Shown here piece after piece: positions 18,319 to 28,286 of a stretch of DNA of 44,419 bases; the first letter of the stretch is position 1; each line of letters starts with the position of its first letter. The notes beneath the pieces are model-generated. The model was not told where the DNA came from and did no database searches. It saw only the letters and a list, made by a program, of their open reading frames with translations. Source of the DNA: Aquificaceae bacterium (GTDB taxonomy: Bacteria; Aquificota; Aquificia; Aquificales; Aquificaceae); the NCBI GenBank assembly GCA_041640635.1, contig JBEPZX010000010.1:1-44419 (forward strand). The letters run 5' to 3'. Made by a program: the position numbers and the translations under genes.

Positions 18319-20874
18319 ATGAACAAACGCTATATCGTATGGTTAGATGAAGTAGGAATAGAAGACATTGGACTTGTAGGAGGAAAAAATGCCTCCTTGG
18401 GTGAAATGATAAGATCTTTATCTTCCTTAGGTATAAATATTCCTTACGGTTTTGTAGTAACCTCCGAAGCTTATTACGAGTTTGTAAGATACAATAGTTT
18501 GGAAAAAAAGATTAAAGGAACTTTGTCAGGTTTAGATCCGAATAACGTAGAAGACCTTGCAAAAAGAACTTATGAAGTAAGAGAGCTTATAAAAGGTGGA
18601 GAGTTCCCACCAGAAATTGAAGAAGGCATAAAAGAATACTACAATAAGTTGTCAAAAAAGTACGGATCATTTGCTATTGATGTAGCTGTAAGATCATCAG
18701 CTACAGCTGAGGACTTGCCTCATGCCTCTTTTGCAGGTCAACAAGATACCTATCTAAATATAGTTGGAGCCGAAAATGTGTTAACCGCAGTAAAAAATGG
18801 CTTTGCCTCTTTGTTTACAGATAGAGCTGTCTCTTACAGAGAATCTTTTGGTTTTGACCACTTTAAGATAGGGATAGCTATGGGTGTTCAAAAGATGGTT
18901 AGATCCGATATGGGAGCTTCAGGAGTTATGTTTACTCTAGATACCGAATCTGGTTTCAAGGACGTTGTTGTTATAAACGCCACATATGGTTTAGGAGAGC
19001 TTTTAGTTCAGGGGGCTGTAACACCCGATGAGTATATGGTCTTTAAACCAACACTTCAAGCAGAATATTCGGCAATTATAGAGAAAAAATTGGGTAGGAA
19101 AGATAGAAAACTTGTTTATGGAACAGGTAACGAAAGAACTAAGCTTGTAAATGTACCATTGGCAGATCAGAAACGCTTTGCTCTTACAGACGAGGAGATC
19201 CTTAAACTTGCTAAATGGGGGATGCTCATTGAGGATTATTACTCAAAGAAAAATGGTAAATGGACGCCCATGGATATAGAATGGGCAAAGGATGGTATAT
19301 TAAATGAGTTATTTGTAGTTCAAGCGAGACCCGAAACTGTCCATTCACGAAAGGAAAACAATGTACTAAAAGTTTACAAATTTAAAGCCAGTGTGGAAGA
19401 TAGGGCAAAAAGCAGGATACTTTACGGAATAGCTGTAGGCGAAAAAATTGCTCATGGGAAAGTTTGTATTATTCATGATTTAAAAGATGCTGTCCGTTTC
19501 AAGGATGGGGATATTTTAGTTACAGATATAACAGATCCTGACTGGGAACCTATTATGAAGAAAGCGTCGGCAATTATAACCAATAGAGGAGGGAGAACAG
19601 CTCATGCTGCTATAGTAGCAAGAGAATTGGGGATACCAGCGATAGTTGGAACACACAAAGCTACAGAAGTATTAAAAAATGATATGGAAATTACTGTTTC
19701 GTGCGCTGAAGGAGAAATAGGTTATGTTTACGAAGGTTACATTCCATATGAAATTGAAGAGATAAACTTAAATCAATTACCCAAGCTAAGGACAAAAATA
19801 ATGATGAACGTAGGAAATCCTGAATCTGCTTTTAAGTATTCCTTTATCCCCAATGATGGTGTAGGGCTTGCACGTGAGGAGTTTATAATAGCAAACTATA
19901 TAAAAATTCATCCTTTAGCTTTACTGCACTATGAGGATATAAGAAAGCTTTATGAAGATCTAATTCAGAAAAAACTAGTTGATGATAAAGGAAATGTCCT
20001 AATGTCTATAATTTATGCACATGCTCCAGGAAGTCTTAAGGAGAAACTTGCTAAAGGCAAAGAAAAAAGGAACATAAATTTAAGAAGACTTATAGAGGAA
20101 GTGGATGGTCTTACATTTGGATACGAGGATAAAGCACAGTACTTCGTTAAAAAGTTATCTTACGGTATAGCGAAGATAGCAGCAGCTTTCTATCCAAACC
20201 CTGTGATAGTTAGATTCTCCGATTTTAAATCCAACGAATACAAGGGCTTAATAGGTGGAGAGCTCTTTGAGCCAGAAGAAGAAAACCCTATGCTTGGATG
20301 GCGTGGTGCATCAAGGTACTATTCGGATATTTACAAAACCGCTTTTGGTTTAGAGTGTCAGGCAATTTTGAGAGTAAGAAATAAGATGGGTCTTACAAAT
20401 GTAAAGGTTATGGTACCATTCTGTAGAACTCCTGAGGAAGGTGAAAAAGTACTCCAAGTTATGCAAGAGTATGGTCTAAGAAAAGGCGATAACAATCTCG
20501 AAGTTTATGTAATGGCAGAGCTTCCTAGCAATATGGTACTTGCTGACAAGTTTGCTCAAATCTTTGATGGTTTCTCAATAGGTTCCAATGACCTTACTCA
20601 GCTGACTTTGGGCTTAGATAGAGATTCAGGGCTCATAGCACACCTTTATGATGAAAGGAACGAAGCAGTAAAACGTCTAATCTCTCAACTTATAAAAACG
20701 GCAAAGGAGTATAATAAGAAAGTAGGAATATGCGGACAAGGACCCTCGGACTTTCCGGAGTTTGCCATCTTCCTTGTAGAAGAAGGTATAGACAGCATAT
20801 CCCTAAATCCAGATTCTGTTATAAAGACTACCTTGGTCATATCAGAAGTGGAGGCAAAAATGGGAGTTCAATGA
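18319..20874 (+). CDS. ppsA: Phosphoenolpyruvate synthase
   Basis: VGGKNASLGEM, RSSATAEDLP, GGRTAHAAI, EENPMLGWRG and SIGSNDLTQ. Confidence 0.96.
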   Translation: MNKRYIVWLDEVGIEDIGLVGGKNASLGEMIRSLSSLGINIPYGFVVTSEAYYEFVRYNSLEKKIKGTLSGLDPNNVEDLAKRTYEVRELIKGGEFPPEIEEGIKEYYNKLSKKYGSFAIDVAVRSSATAEDLPHASFAGQQDTYLNIVGAENVLTAVKNGFASLFTDRAVSYRESFGFDHFKIGIAMGVQKMVRSDMGASGVMFTLDTESGFKDVVVINATYGLGELLVQGAVTPDEYMVFKPTLQAEYSAIIEKKLGRKDRKLVYGTGNERTKLVNVPLADQKRFALTDEEILKLAKWGMLIEDYYSKKNGKWTPMDIEWAKDGILNELFVVQARPETVHSRKENNVLKVYKFKASVEDRAKSRILYGIAVGEKIAHGKVCIIHDLKDAVRFKDGDILVTDITDPDWEPIMKKASAIITNRGGRTAHAAIVARELGIPAIVGTHKATEVLKNDMEITVSCAEGEIGYVYEGYIPYEIEEINLNQLPKLRTKIMMNVGNPESAFKYSFIPNDGVGLAREEFIIANYIKIHPLALLHYEDIRKLYEDLIQKKLVDDKGNVLMSIIYAHAPGSLKEKLAKGKEKRNINLRRLIEEVDGLTFGYEDKAQYFVKKLSYGIAKIAAAFYPNPVIVRFSDFKSNEYKGLIGGELFEPEEENPMLGWRGASRYYSDIYKTAFGLECQAILRVRNKMGLTNVKVMVPFCRTPEEGEKVLQVMQEYGLRKGDNNLEVYVMAELPSNMVLADKFAQIFDGFSIGSNDLTQLTLGLDRDSGLIAHLYDERNEAVKRLISQLIKTAKEYNKKVGICGQGPSDFPEFAIFLVEEGIDSISLNPDSVIKTTLVISEVEAKMGVQ

Positions 20875-20901
20875 AAATAAAAAATAAAGGGGGGATTTTG
20901 C

Positions 20902-21804
20902 ATGAAGTTGAGTATTCCCAAATTTAAATTACCTAACTTTGGTGTATTGTCTTCTTTGGGACATAGAAAAATCAAAACGTCCTTGGCTATCCAAATAACG
21001 GACAGGTCTTTAAGGATTTTGGAGCTGAGTGATACTTTGGAGCCTAAATTCGAACCTGTCTTCCATTTGTGGGAAAACGGTGATCTAAAAGAGAAGCAAA
21101 AGGTACTTAAAGACTATGTAAACAAGTATAACCTTGCAGGAAGAGATGTAATTTCTGTATTAAATACGAATGATGGTTTTCTCCAATATATTAGGTATCC
21201 AGCCACGTTAAGTCGGAAAGATCTTATTAACTCCATAGATTGGGCTGTTAAAAGAAAACAAGCGGAAATAGGAGAAGAGACATTTTACGATTACTACATA
21301 ATAAAGGAAGAAGCGGAGGATAAAAATATAGGTGTGGTGACCGTTTTTGCAAGAAAGGATGTAGTAAACAACCTGCAAAAACTAATCGAAGGCGCTGGTC
21401 TAAACTTGAAAATATTAGATTACGAAATCGTTGCTTTAATCAATTATGGACTTATGGAAAATTTGCCAAAGCCCTTCTCCATACTCTATGTAGATTATGA
21501 CTACTTTGTACTTGTAAGCTATACAGGTAATTTCATAAATTACTCTTTTATGCATATAAATCTTGATTCTTACATCAAGACAGAAGATGTGGACATTTTA
21601 GAAAACTTTTTTGCCGAAGTAAGAAACCATCTAGTAGTTGGTGATATCTTAAATGTTTATCTTGCTGGACCAATTCTTGAAGAGAAGCAAATGTTAGATA
21701 TGATTATGGAAAACTTACCTATAATAGGGCTTCTGGATCTTCCAAATCTTAAACCAGGATTTTTAATTCCGTATATATTATGTAGAAGGGGAAGAGAAAT
21801 ATGA
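20902..21804 (+). CDS. pilM: Type IV pilus assembly protein PilM (divergent)
   Basis: First gene of a pilMNOPQ-type cluster; AGLNLKILDYEIVAL and VYLAG. Confidence 0.7.
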   Translation: MKLSIPKFKLPNFGVLSSLGHRKIKTSLAIQITDRSLRILELSDTLEPKFEPVFHLWENGDLKEKQKVLKDYVNKYNLAGRDVISVLNTNDGFLQYIRYPATLSRKDLINSIDWAVKRKQAEIGEETFYDYYIIKEEAEDKNIGVVTVFARKDVVNNLQKLIEGAGLNLKILDYEIVALINYGLMENLPKPFSILYVDYDYFVLVSYTGNFINYSFMHINLDSYIKTEDVDILENFFAEVRNHLVVGDILNVYLAGPILEEKQMLDMIMENLPIIGLLDLPNLKPGFLIPYILCRRGREI

Positions 21805-22463
21805 TAAAAATCAACCTTATTAAAAAGGAAAAAGCTAAGACCTCAGTTGCTACAGAACTTTCAAAATTGCAAAATTTAAAAACTCTGAAGGTAGAAGATT
21901 TATTAAAGCTTGATAAGGGTATATACTATGTATCCGCGATTCTCTGGTTAATACTTGTATTAAACGGCTTATACTACTTTAGATTATCCAGCGAAAGAAA
22001 TGCCTTAAACGAAAGTTTGGAAAAAATCAAAGTAAGAAAAGCACAGTTAGAAGCTCAGAGAAAAGGTTTACTGGAAAGTGAGAAGCAAATACAAGAAAGT
22101 ATTAAATCCCTTCAGTCTAAGATAGAGGACATTGAAAAAAGTAAGGATATTTTAATAGGTCTAAAAAATTACTATTCTCCATTTAAAAATTACTTAAATC
22201 TGTATACTGCTAAAATTCCAAATAACACATGGGTGTATGAATATAAGCAAACTGTCGATATTAACAGCAACCGCTTATCCACAGAAATAAAATTTGCATC
22301 CCTTGATCCAAACGGTATAGGGTCTTATGGTAACTTAGCAAAAGTTTATTCTTCTAAATACTACATAACAAATGTGGAAAGAAAGGTTGGGCAGCATGGC
22401 TTTGCTTATTATTCTGCCAATTTAAATTTGGAGAGCCAGCTAATACAAGAAAATAAACCTTAG
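21801..22463 (+). CDS. pilN: Type IV pilus assembly protein PilN
   Basis: MIKINL N-terminal motif, a TM segment, a coiled coil and IPNNTWV. Confidence 0.75.
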   Translation: MIKINLIKKEKAKTSVATELSKLQNLKTLKVEDLLKLDKGIYYVSAILWLILVLNGLYYFRLSSERNALNESLEKIKVRKAQLEAQRKGLLESEKQIQESIKSLQSKIEDIEKSKDILIGLKNYYSPFKNYLNLYTAKIPNNTWVYEYKQTVDINSNRLSTEIKFASLDPNGIGSYGNLAKVYSSKYYITNVERKVGQHGFAYYSANLNLESQLIQENKP

Positions 22464-22472
22464 GAGGGGGAA

Positions 22473-23192
22473 ATGTTAGAAAAATTAAGTGAGCAATTTA
22501 AAGGTTTACCATCATGGCAAAAATACTTAATACTGGCAATTTTGCCCATAGCTTTGTCCATATACTTATGGAGTTCTCTAATTCTACCGTTAAGAGATGA
22601 AGTTTCCAAATTGGAATTTAAGAAACAGGAAGAAGAGCGGGCATTAAAAAAACTGGAAGCTTCTTTACATGGAGATCCTCTGGAAGGTTTGAGGAAACAG
22701 GAAGAAGCATTGAAGCAAGAGTTGGCATCTAAAGAGCAAGAATTGGATCAATTAGTAGGTAGTATACCTACAGAAAAAGATATGGGGAAGGTGGTCAACT
22801 ATATAACAGCCTTAGCGAACAGAAATGGAGTAACCATACTTAGTTTAAAAATAGCATCCCCTCAGGAAGTTACATACGTAGTAGAAAATATTGGTGATAG
22901 CAAAATTGTTAAAGAACTATCAACACAGGTATCTTCTCAGCAAACACCAACGCAACAAAAACCAAAACAACAAAAAACTGAGCAAAAAGTTCTAACAGGT
23001 GTTACGTACTACAAAGTGGAGACATCCATTAATTTAACAGGGAAATTCAAGAACATAAGATCTTTCTTAGATGGCTTAAGTCAGGGTGGCTTTGTCTCAT
23101 ACCCTCTTTCTATTGGTATGAAGAAAACTGAGGGAGAGTCTGTACAAGCTGAGTTAGTTATTGTTATAAATCTGAAGAAGGGAGGTGTATAA
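22473..23192 (+). CDS. pilO: Type IV pilus assembly protein PilO
   Basis: TM segment, coiled coil, IPTEKD and LTGKFKNIRSFL. Confidence 0.75.
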   Translation: MLEKLSEQFKGLPSWQKYLILAILPIALSIYLWSSLILPLRDEVSKLEFKKQEEERALKKLEASLHGDPLEGLRKQEEALKQELASKEQELDQLVGSIPTEKDMGKVVNYITALANRNGVTILSLKIASPQEVTYVVENIGDSKIVKELSTQVSSQQTPTQQKPKQQKTEQKVLTGVTYYKVETSINLTGKFKNIRSFLDGLSQGGFVSYPLSIGMKKTEGESVQAELVIVINLKKGGV

Positions 23193-23416
23193 TGGTAATT
23201 ATACAGTTTTTGATCTTAGCGTTTGCGTCTTTATTGGTGGCACAAGAGCCTTTCAGAAGCTTGGAAAATACTGTGGGATATATAGTTATTCAAAGGGGAA
23301 CACAAACTGAAAACTATATAGTAACTGAGGAAAAGGATGGTTCCGTAAAGTTAGTAAAAACAGTAAAAAATCCTAAAGAGTTTCTAAAAAAGTCAGATGA
23401 AGGAGTGAAAAGATGA
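23192..23416 (+). CDS. Small exported protein in the PilP position
   Basis: 74 aa with a signal-peptide-like N-terminus and GGAGG SD; translationally coupled between pilO and pilQ. Confidence 0.55.
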   Translation: MVIIQFLILAFASLLVAQEPFRSLENTVGYIVIQRGTQTENYIVTEEKDGSVKLVKTVKNPKEFLKKSDEGVKR

Positions 23417-25134
23417 GGAAGTTATTGCACGTATTCATAATAGTTTTATTAATGCTTAGTAATGTAAATGGGCAAACAATAAAAGAAATGCAGTTTGAAA
23501 ACGTGAAGTTGGAAACGGTTCTTAAGGCATTATCACAGGCAGCAGGTATAAGCGTAGTATTTGATCCAGCAATTTCTCAGGATCTTCAAAAAACGGTTAG
23601 TATAAGCGTCAACAGACCTATATCGGTGAATGAATCTTTGAATATAATACTCAAAGAGTATAACTTAATAGCTGTACCAGTAAATCAAAAAGTTTATAGA
23701 ATAACAAAAGCGGGCGAGATAACAATAGTGATCAAAGGCTTGTCTGACCCACAAGTAAACCAAATAATAACCTTTTTGAAAGAAAGGGTAAGCCCTACTG
23801 CGGAGATAGTAGTGGATAGAACAGCTGGAGTAATATTTATAAGAGATGAGGAGAAAAACATTAAGAGGTTGGAATCTATATCTAAAGATATTAGATCTAT
23901 TGCGGAAAAAATTTCCCCTTTGGATAGGGAGACTAAGGTATTTTACTTTAAGGGCATAAGTTTAAATGAAGCAATTCAGATACTAGAAAAGTATAAGACA
24001 AAAGATACCTTATTTACACCTGTAGAAACTTTTAATGCTTTGATCATAACTGACTCCATCGATAATATCAAAAAGTACGAGGGTATATTTGGCGATTTTC
24101 TAGCAGAAAGGCCGAAAGAAAGAAGACCTGTTACTAAAATTTTCTATCTTAAGTACATAAGTCCAGAGGAATTTATTAAACTAATAGAACCACTAAGATC
24201 AGAAGCGGGGCTTGTCTTAAGTGGAGGTACTTTTGTACAACAAGCTACTCAACAACAAACACAACAGCAAGCAACAACTCAATTAAGGACGCCTATAATT
24301 AAGGAATTTAACGCGGTTATGGTTACGGATTTCCCAGAGGTAATAGATAAGATAAAAGAACGTTTTTCAGAATACATTAGTGATGCACCGGTAAGGGTTC
24401 TTATAGAAGCCCGCATAATAGAGGCGAACGAAGATGTGACATTTCAATTAGGCTTGAGTTTTAATGCTATTATAACTGATGCAACAAGAGTACCAAGTCA
24501 ATACTCTGTTGGAGCAGGTTCCAATGTTGGTGTAAATCTGCCTCTGCCTAATTGGTGGAAAGAGTTAGGACCGGCACCTAGGGCTGGATCTTTGTTAGTA
24601 GCAAGTTACCAAAAAGGTATACTAAATGCCCTTAATCTGAGATTGGCAGCATATGAAAAACTAGGAAAGTCTAAAAGTATAGCCAAACCTTCTATAGTAA
24701 CCATAAATGGGCAGAAGGCAACAATAAAGCAAGGTGTGGAAATCCCGTATAGAACAACAGCTGTCGGAGGAGGAGGTACAGCTATACCTACAATTCAGTT
24801 CAAAGAGGTAGTTTTGCAGCTAGATGTAACACCTGTTGTGTCACCTGATGGGAGAGTACTTTTAGATGTAGAGCTAAAGAGGGATATACCGTTAGATGTA
24901 GGGCTTACGGAACCTCCACTGAGAAAAAATGAAGTTAAATCTAAGCTTATAGTGGAGGATGGGCAAACTATAGTAATAGGAGGTGTAATAGACGATACTT
25001 CCACACAAACTAATGAAGGCTTACCAGGTGCGGTTAGGGTACCATTGCTTAAATGGATATTTGGACAAGAAGCTAGGTTTCAAAGCAATAGGGAGCTTTT
25101 GATTTTTATAACACCTATAGTAATGAAGCAGTAA
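23413..25134 (+). CDS. pilQ: Type IV pilus secretin PilQ
   Basis: VLIEARIIE, ATIKQGVEIPY, DGQTIVIGG, VPLLKWIF and ELLIFITP. Confidence 0.9.
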   Translation: MRKLLHVFIIVLLMLSNVNGQTIKEMQFENVKLETVLKALSQAAGISVVFDPAISQDLQKTVSISVNRPISVNESLNIILKEYNLIAVPVNQKVYRITKAGEITIVIKGLSDPQVNQIITFLKERVSPTAEIVVDRTAGVIFIRDEEKNIKRLESISKDIRSIAEKISPLDRETKVFYFKGISLNEAIQILEKYKTKDTLFTPVETFNALIITDSIDNIKKYEGIFGDFLAERPKERRPVTKIFYLKYISPEEFIKLIEPLRSEAGLVLSGGTFVQQATQQQTQQQATTQLRTPIIKEFNAVMVTDFPEVIDKIKERFSEYISDAPVRVLIEARIIEANEDVTFQLGLSFNAIITDATRVPSQYSVGAGSNVGVNLPLPNWWKELGPAPRAGSLLVASYQKGILNALNLRLAAYEKLGKSKSIAKPSIVTINGQKATIKQGVEIPYRTTAVGGGGTAIPTIQFKEVVLQLDVTPVVSPDGRVLLDVELKRDIPLDVGLTEPPLRKNEVKSKLIVEDGQTIVIGGVIDDTSTQTNEGLPGAVRVPLLKWIFGQEARFQSNRELLIFITPIVMKQ

Positions 25135-25226
25135 GGCTTTAATTGAAGGAATATAACTTATTGTTGTACCATAGGTTAGTTTGTGGTTAAAAATATTTGT
25201 AAACTACAAAATTCAGGTGTTTAACT

Positions 25227-25532
25227 TTAGCCCTTTTTAAGAGTTGTTAAATCTCCTTTCGTGGACTTTTTTTTACTCACTTTAAATGTGATTGTAAAAT
25301 GCTGTGGTATATCGCATGGTTTCCCAGTCTTAAAATTTTTCCCTTTTCTGCCCTTTCTTTTTACCTTACGAAAAGTGCCAAAGTTAACAATTTTTATCAC
25401 GTCATCATCAACCAAAGACTCTTCTAAGTAAGTAAATATGCTGTTTACAATCCTTTTTAATTTACTTTTCGTTATTGAGCTTTCTTCTGAAAGCTTTAAA
25501 AAGATACTTTCAATTAAATCTGATCTTTTCAT
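25227..25532 (-). CDS. HU/IHF family DNA-binding protein
   Basis: NFGTF...RKGRKGKNFKTG; sits downstream of rpsA, where ihfB usually lies. Confidence 0.85.
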   Translation of the reverse strand: MKRSDLIESIFLKLSEESSITKSKLKRIVNSIFTYLEESLVDDDVIKIVNFGTFRKVKRKGRKGKNFKTGKPCDIPQHFTITFKVSKKKSTKGDLTTLKKG

Positions 25533-27112
25533 AACTTCATTTTCTTTTTAAGAATATCCCCAAGAGTGAAACCTACATCTGCTGATTGTTCAGATAAATT
25601 CTCTTCCATCTCAATTTTACGATTTTCCTCTTTCATACTTAGGGTTATCTTTTCGTTTTTAATGTCCATATCAATAATCCTTACATCCACAGTTTGTCCA
25701 ATTTCGATTTGGGCTCCTTTTGGGATTTCTGACAGAGGTAAAAGCCCATCTACTCCTTCAGGAAAACCTAAGAATACTCCAAAAGGATGCCTACTCTTTA
25801 CTTGTAATGATACTTTGTCACCTACTTTATACTTTTGTGATATTAGCTCCCATGGGTTAACAGTTAGTTGTTTTATACCAAGTTTGACCAAATCACCTTC
25901 GACACCCAAAACAACAAATTCTCTTTCCTCTCCAACATTTAAAACATCCTCCATTCTTCCAATTTTTGACCAGCTTAAGTCATTTTTATGTACTATACCT
26001 TTTACTGAACTTCCCAAATCAATAACTGCTCTTGCACCTTCTATTTTTTCTACCTTACCTTTAATCTTACTGCCTACAGGGTTACTCTTTATGTACTCTT
26101 CCCAGGGTTTTGGTAAAGCTTTCTTGATGCTCAGCAAAAGCCTTCTCTTATTTGGATCAAATTCGAGTACTTTAGCTTTTACCTGTGTACCTCTTTTATA
26201 AGAAAGATCACCGTAAGCAATTTCATTTTTAGGCACAAAACCTTCTAAACCTTCTTCTATTTCCAAGATTAAGCCTTTGTCCGTAGTTTCTATAACATTA
26301 CCTTGAATAATATCTCCTTTTTTAATAATTTGTGATGCTTTTTCCCAAGGATTTTCCTTTGTTTCCCTAAGACTTACAAATATAAATTCTCCATTTTTCG
26401 CTATTTTCTTTATTTTTACCTTAAGGCGCTCATCTATTTCAGCGTAGTTATATGGGTTTTTGTCTCTTCCCCAAGATAATTCTTCCTTTGGCAAAAATGC
26501 TCTAAGTACACCACCAACTAGTAAGGTAATTCCTTTTTGCGGATCTATTTTTATAACTTTTCCATCTACTATGTCTCCCACTTTGAGCTTCTCAAGAAGC
26601 TTTTTCTTTTTCTTTTCATCCCTTTCCTTCATATAAGGTTTTTCAGAGACCTTTATATTTATTCCATCTTTATCTTTTCTAAATTCTGTTATTTTGACAG
26701 TTACTCTTGAGCCTACCTTTAGACCCTTTCTGCCTTCATTCTTAGGCATATAAGCATCTAAGCCATTCAAATCAATCACATAGTGATCTTCCTTTACTTG
26801 TTTTACTCTTCCAGATACAAAAGTTCCCTTTTCGTAGTGAGACTTTAATACGTAATAAAGCTTACCTTCTACGTACTTTTTATGGGAAAGTACGGGTTGT
26901 CCATTCTTCCCTAATCTAACTACTACAGCTTTTATATAATCACCTTCTTTTATATTTTCTGGTAGTTCTTCTCTTGGTATAATAGCTTCAACTTTGAAAC
27001 CTACATCTACATAAACCGCATTCTCGGTTATTTTCAATATGGTTCCATTAACGACTTCGTTTTTTCTAAAGGTTTTAAATTGTTTCTCCAAAAGTCTTTC
27101 AAATTCGCCCAT
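25529..27112 (-). CDS. rpsA: 30S ribosomal protein S1
   Basis: Multiple S1 repeats with PWE linkers; C-terminal FTLGDIL; GGAGG SD. Confidence 0.9.
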   Translation of the reverse strand: MGEFERLLEKQFKTFRKNEVVNGTILKITENAVYVDVGFKVEAIIPREELPENIKEGDYIKAVVVRLGKNGQPVLSHKKYVEGKLYYVLKSHYEKGTFVSGRVKQVKEDHYVIDLNGLDAYMPKNEGRKGLKVGSRVTVKITEFRKDKDGINIKVSEKPYMKERDEKKKKKLLEKLKVGDIVDGKVIKIDPQKGITLLVGGVLRAFLPKEELSWGRDKNPYNYAEIDERLKVKIKKIAKNGEFIFVSLRETKENPWEKASQIIKKGDIIQGNVIETTDKGLILEIEEGLEGFVPKNEIAYGDLSYKRGTQVKAKVLEFDPNKRRLLLSIKKALPKPWEEYIKSNPVGSKIKGKVEKIEGARAVIDLGSSVKGIVHKNDLSWSKIGRMEDVLNVGEEREFVVLGVEGDLVKLGIKQLTVNPWELISQKYKVGDKVSLQVKSRHPFGVFLGFPEGVDGLLPLSEIPKGAQIEIGQTVDVRIIDMDIKNEKITLSMKEENRKIEMEENLSEQSADVGFTLGDILKKKMKL

Positions 27113-27176
27113 TACATCCTCCAGGATGTAGTATTATAACTCAAAACTAGGTTATAATTTTATTTTTAAATATATC

Positions 27177-28286
27177 ATGAAGAGGCTTCTTTACATTCTA
27201 CCCATAGTTATTATACCTCTAGTTACAATTTATCTATTAAGGCATAAAGGAAATGACAAATATTACACTGTAGAAGAACGACTTGTAAAAAAACTAGTGT
27301 ATGCTTCTGGTATAGTTAAGCCAGCTGATTACGTGATCATAAGGTCCGAAGTCTCTGGCTATGTAAAGGAAATTTTCGTAAAAGAGAACCAAGCGGTAAC
27401 AAAGGGACAAAAACTAGCGTTAATAGACTCAGGATCGTTGGTTTATAAACTTCAAGAAATTCAATCTAGACTAGGCTTGGTGGAAGATAGGTTAAACCCA
27501 AATTCCGATTATATTAAAGCTTTACAAGAAGATATAAGAAAACTTGAAATTAAGTTACAGCAAGACAAATTAAATTTAGAAAGAAGGGAAAACCTATTTC
27601 AGAAAGGTCTAATACCAAAGGAGCAGTATGAAAATGCTAAAACTAACTATGAAATAACGCAAAAAGAATACGAAAAGGCTTTGGCTGTCTATAGGGATAC
27701 TATAGGATCTCTGAAAAAGGAAAGACAGTTTCTTCAATCCCAATTAAATCAAATAAAACGTGAACTTGATAAGTACTACATTACAAGTCCAATAAACGGT
27801 TTTGTCCTAAAAAAGTATATCAATATAGGTGATTACATTAATGCAATTTCACAAGATAACAAACTGTTCAGTATAGGAAGCAAAAAAAAGTGGGAAGTTA
27901 TTTTAGATGTAGATGAAGAGTTCCTAGGTTTTATTAAAGAAGGCATGATAACTTACATAACTCTTGATACTTATCCTAACGAAACTTTCCAAGGTACGGT
28001 CGAAGAAATAGTAAGAGATGTAGATAAAGGAAGAAGAGTGTTTCAGGTAAAAGTCTCTGTAAACTTACCTGAAAGAACACCGGCAAATGCTACAGCAGAA
28101 GCTAACATAGTTGTTTACGAAAAAAAAGCTCCTGTTATACCAAAAGAAGCTCTCAAAAATGGAAAAGTTGTGAAGTTTGATGGTGTTCGTCTTAGTGAAG
28201 TTAATGTAAAAGTAGGAATAGAGCTAGATAACTACCTAGAGGTATTGGAAGGATTGAAAGTAGGTGACAAGATAAAGTTGGAATGA
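27177..28286 (+). CDS. Efflux periplasmic adaptor (MacA/HlyD-like)
   Basis: SEVSGYVKEIFVKE, a coiled coil, ITSPING and EVLEGLKVGD. Confidence 0.85.
   Translation: MKRLLYILPIVIIPLVTIYLLRHKGNDKYYTVEERLVKKLVYASGIVKPADYVIIRSEVSGYVKEIFVKENQAVTKGQKLALIDSGSLVYKLQEIQSRLGLVEDRLNPNSDYIKALQEDIRKLEIKLQQDKLNLERRENLFQKGLIPKEQYENAKTNYEITQKEYEKALAVYRDTIGSLKKERQFLQSQLNQIKRELDKYYITSPINGFVLKKYINIGDYINAISQDNKLFSIGSKKKWEVILDVDEEFLGFIKEGMITYITLDTYPNETFQGTVEEIVRDVDKGRRVFQVKVSVNLPERTPANATAEANIVVYEKKAPVIPKEALKNGKVVKFDGVRLSEVNVKVGIELDNYLEVLEGLKVGDKIKLE

Noticed and set aside
19925..20110. Intein in ppsA
   Set aside because: Too short, and it lacks the N-terminal Cys/Ser and C-terminal His-Asn motifs.
25566..26201. 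211-aa plus-strand ORF and the other short ORFs nested in or antisense to genes
   Set aside because: They lie within well-supported genes (here rpsA) and have Ser/Phe/Leu-rich shadow composition.
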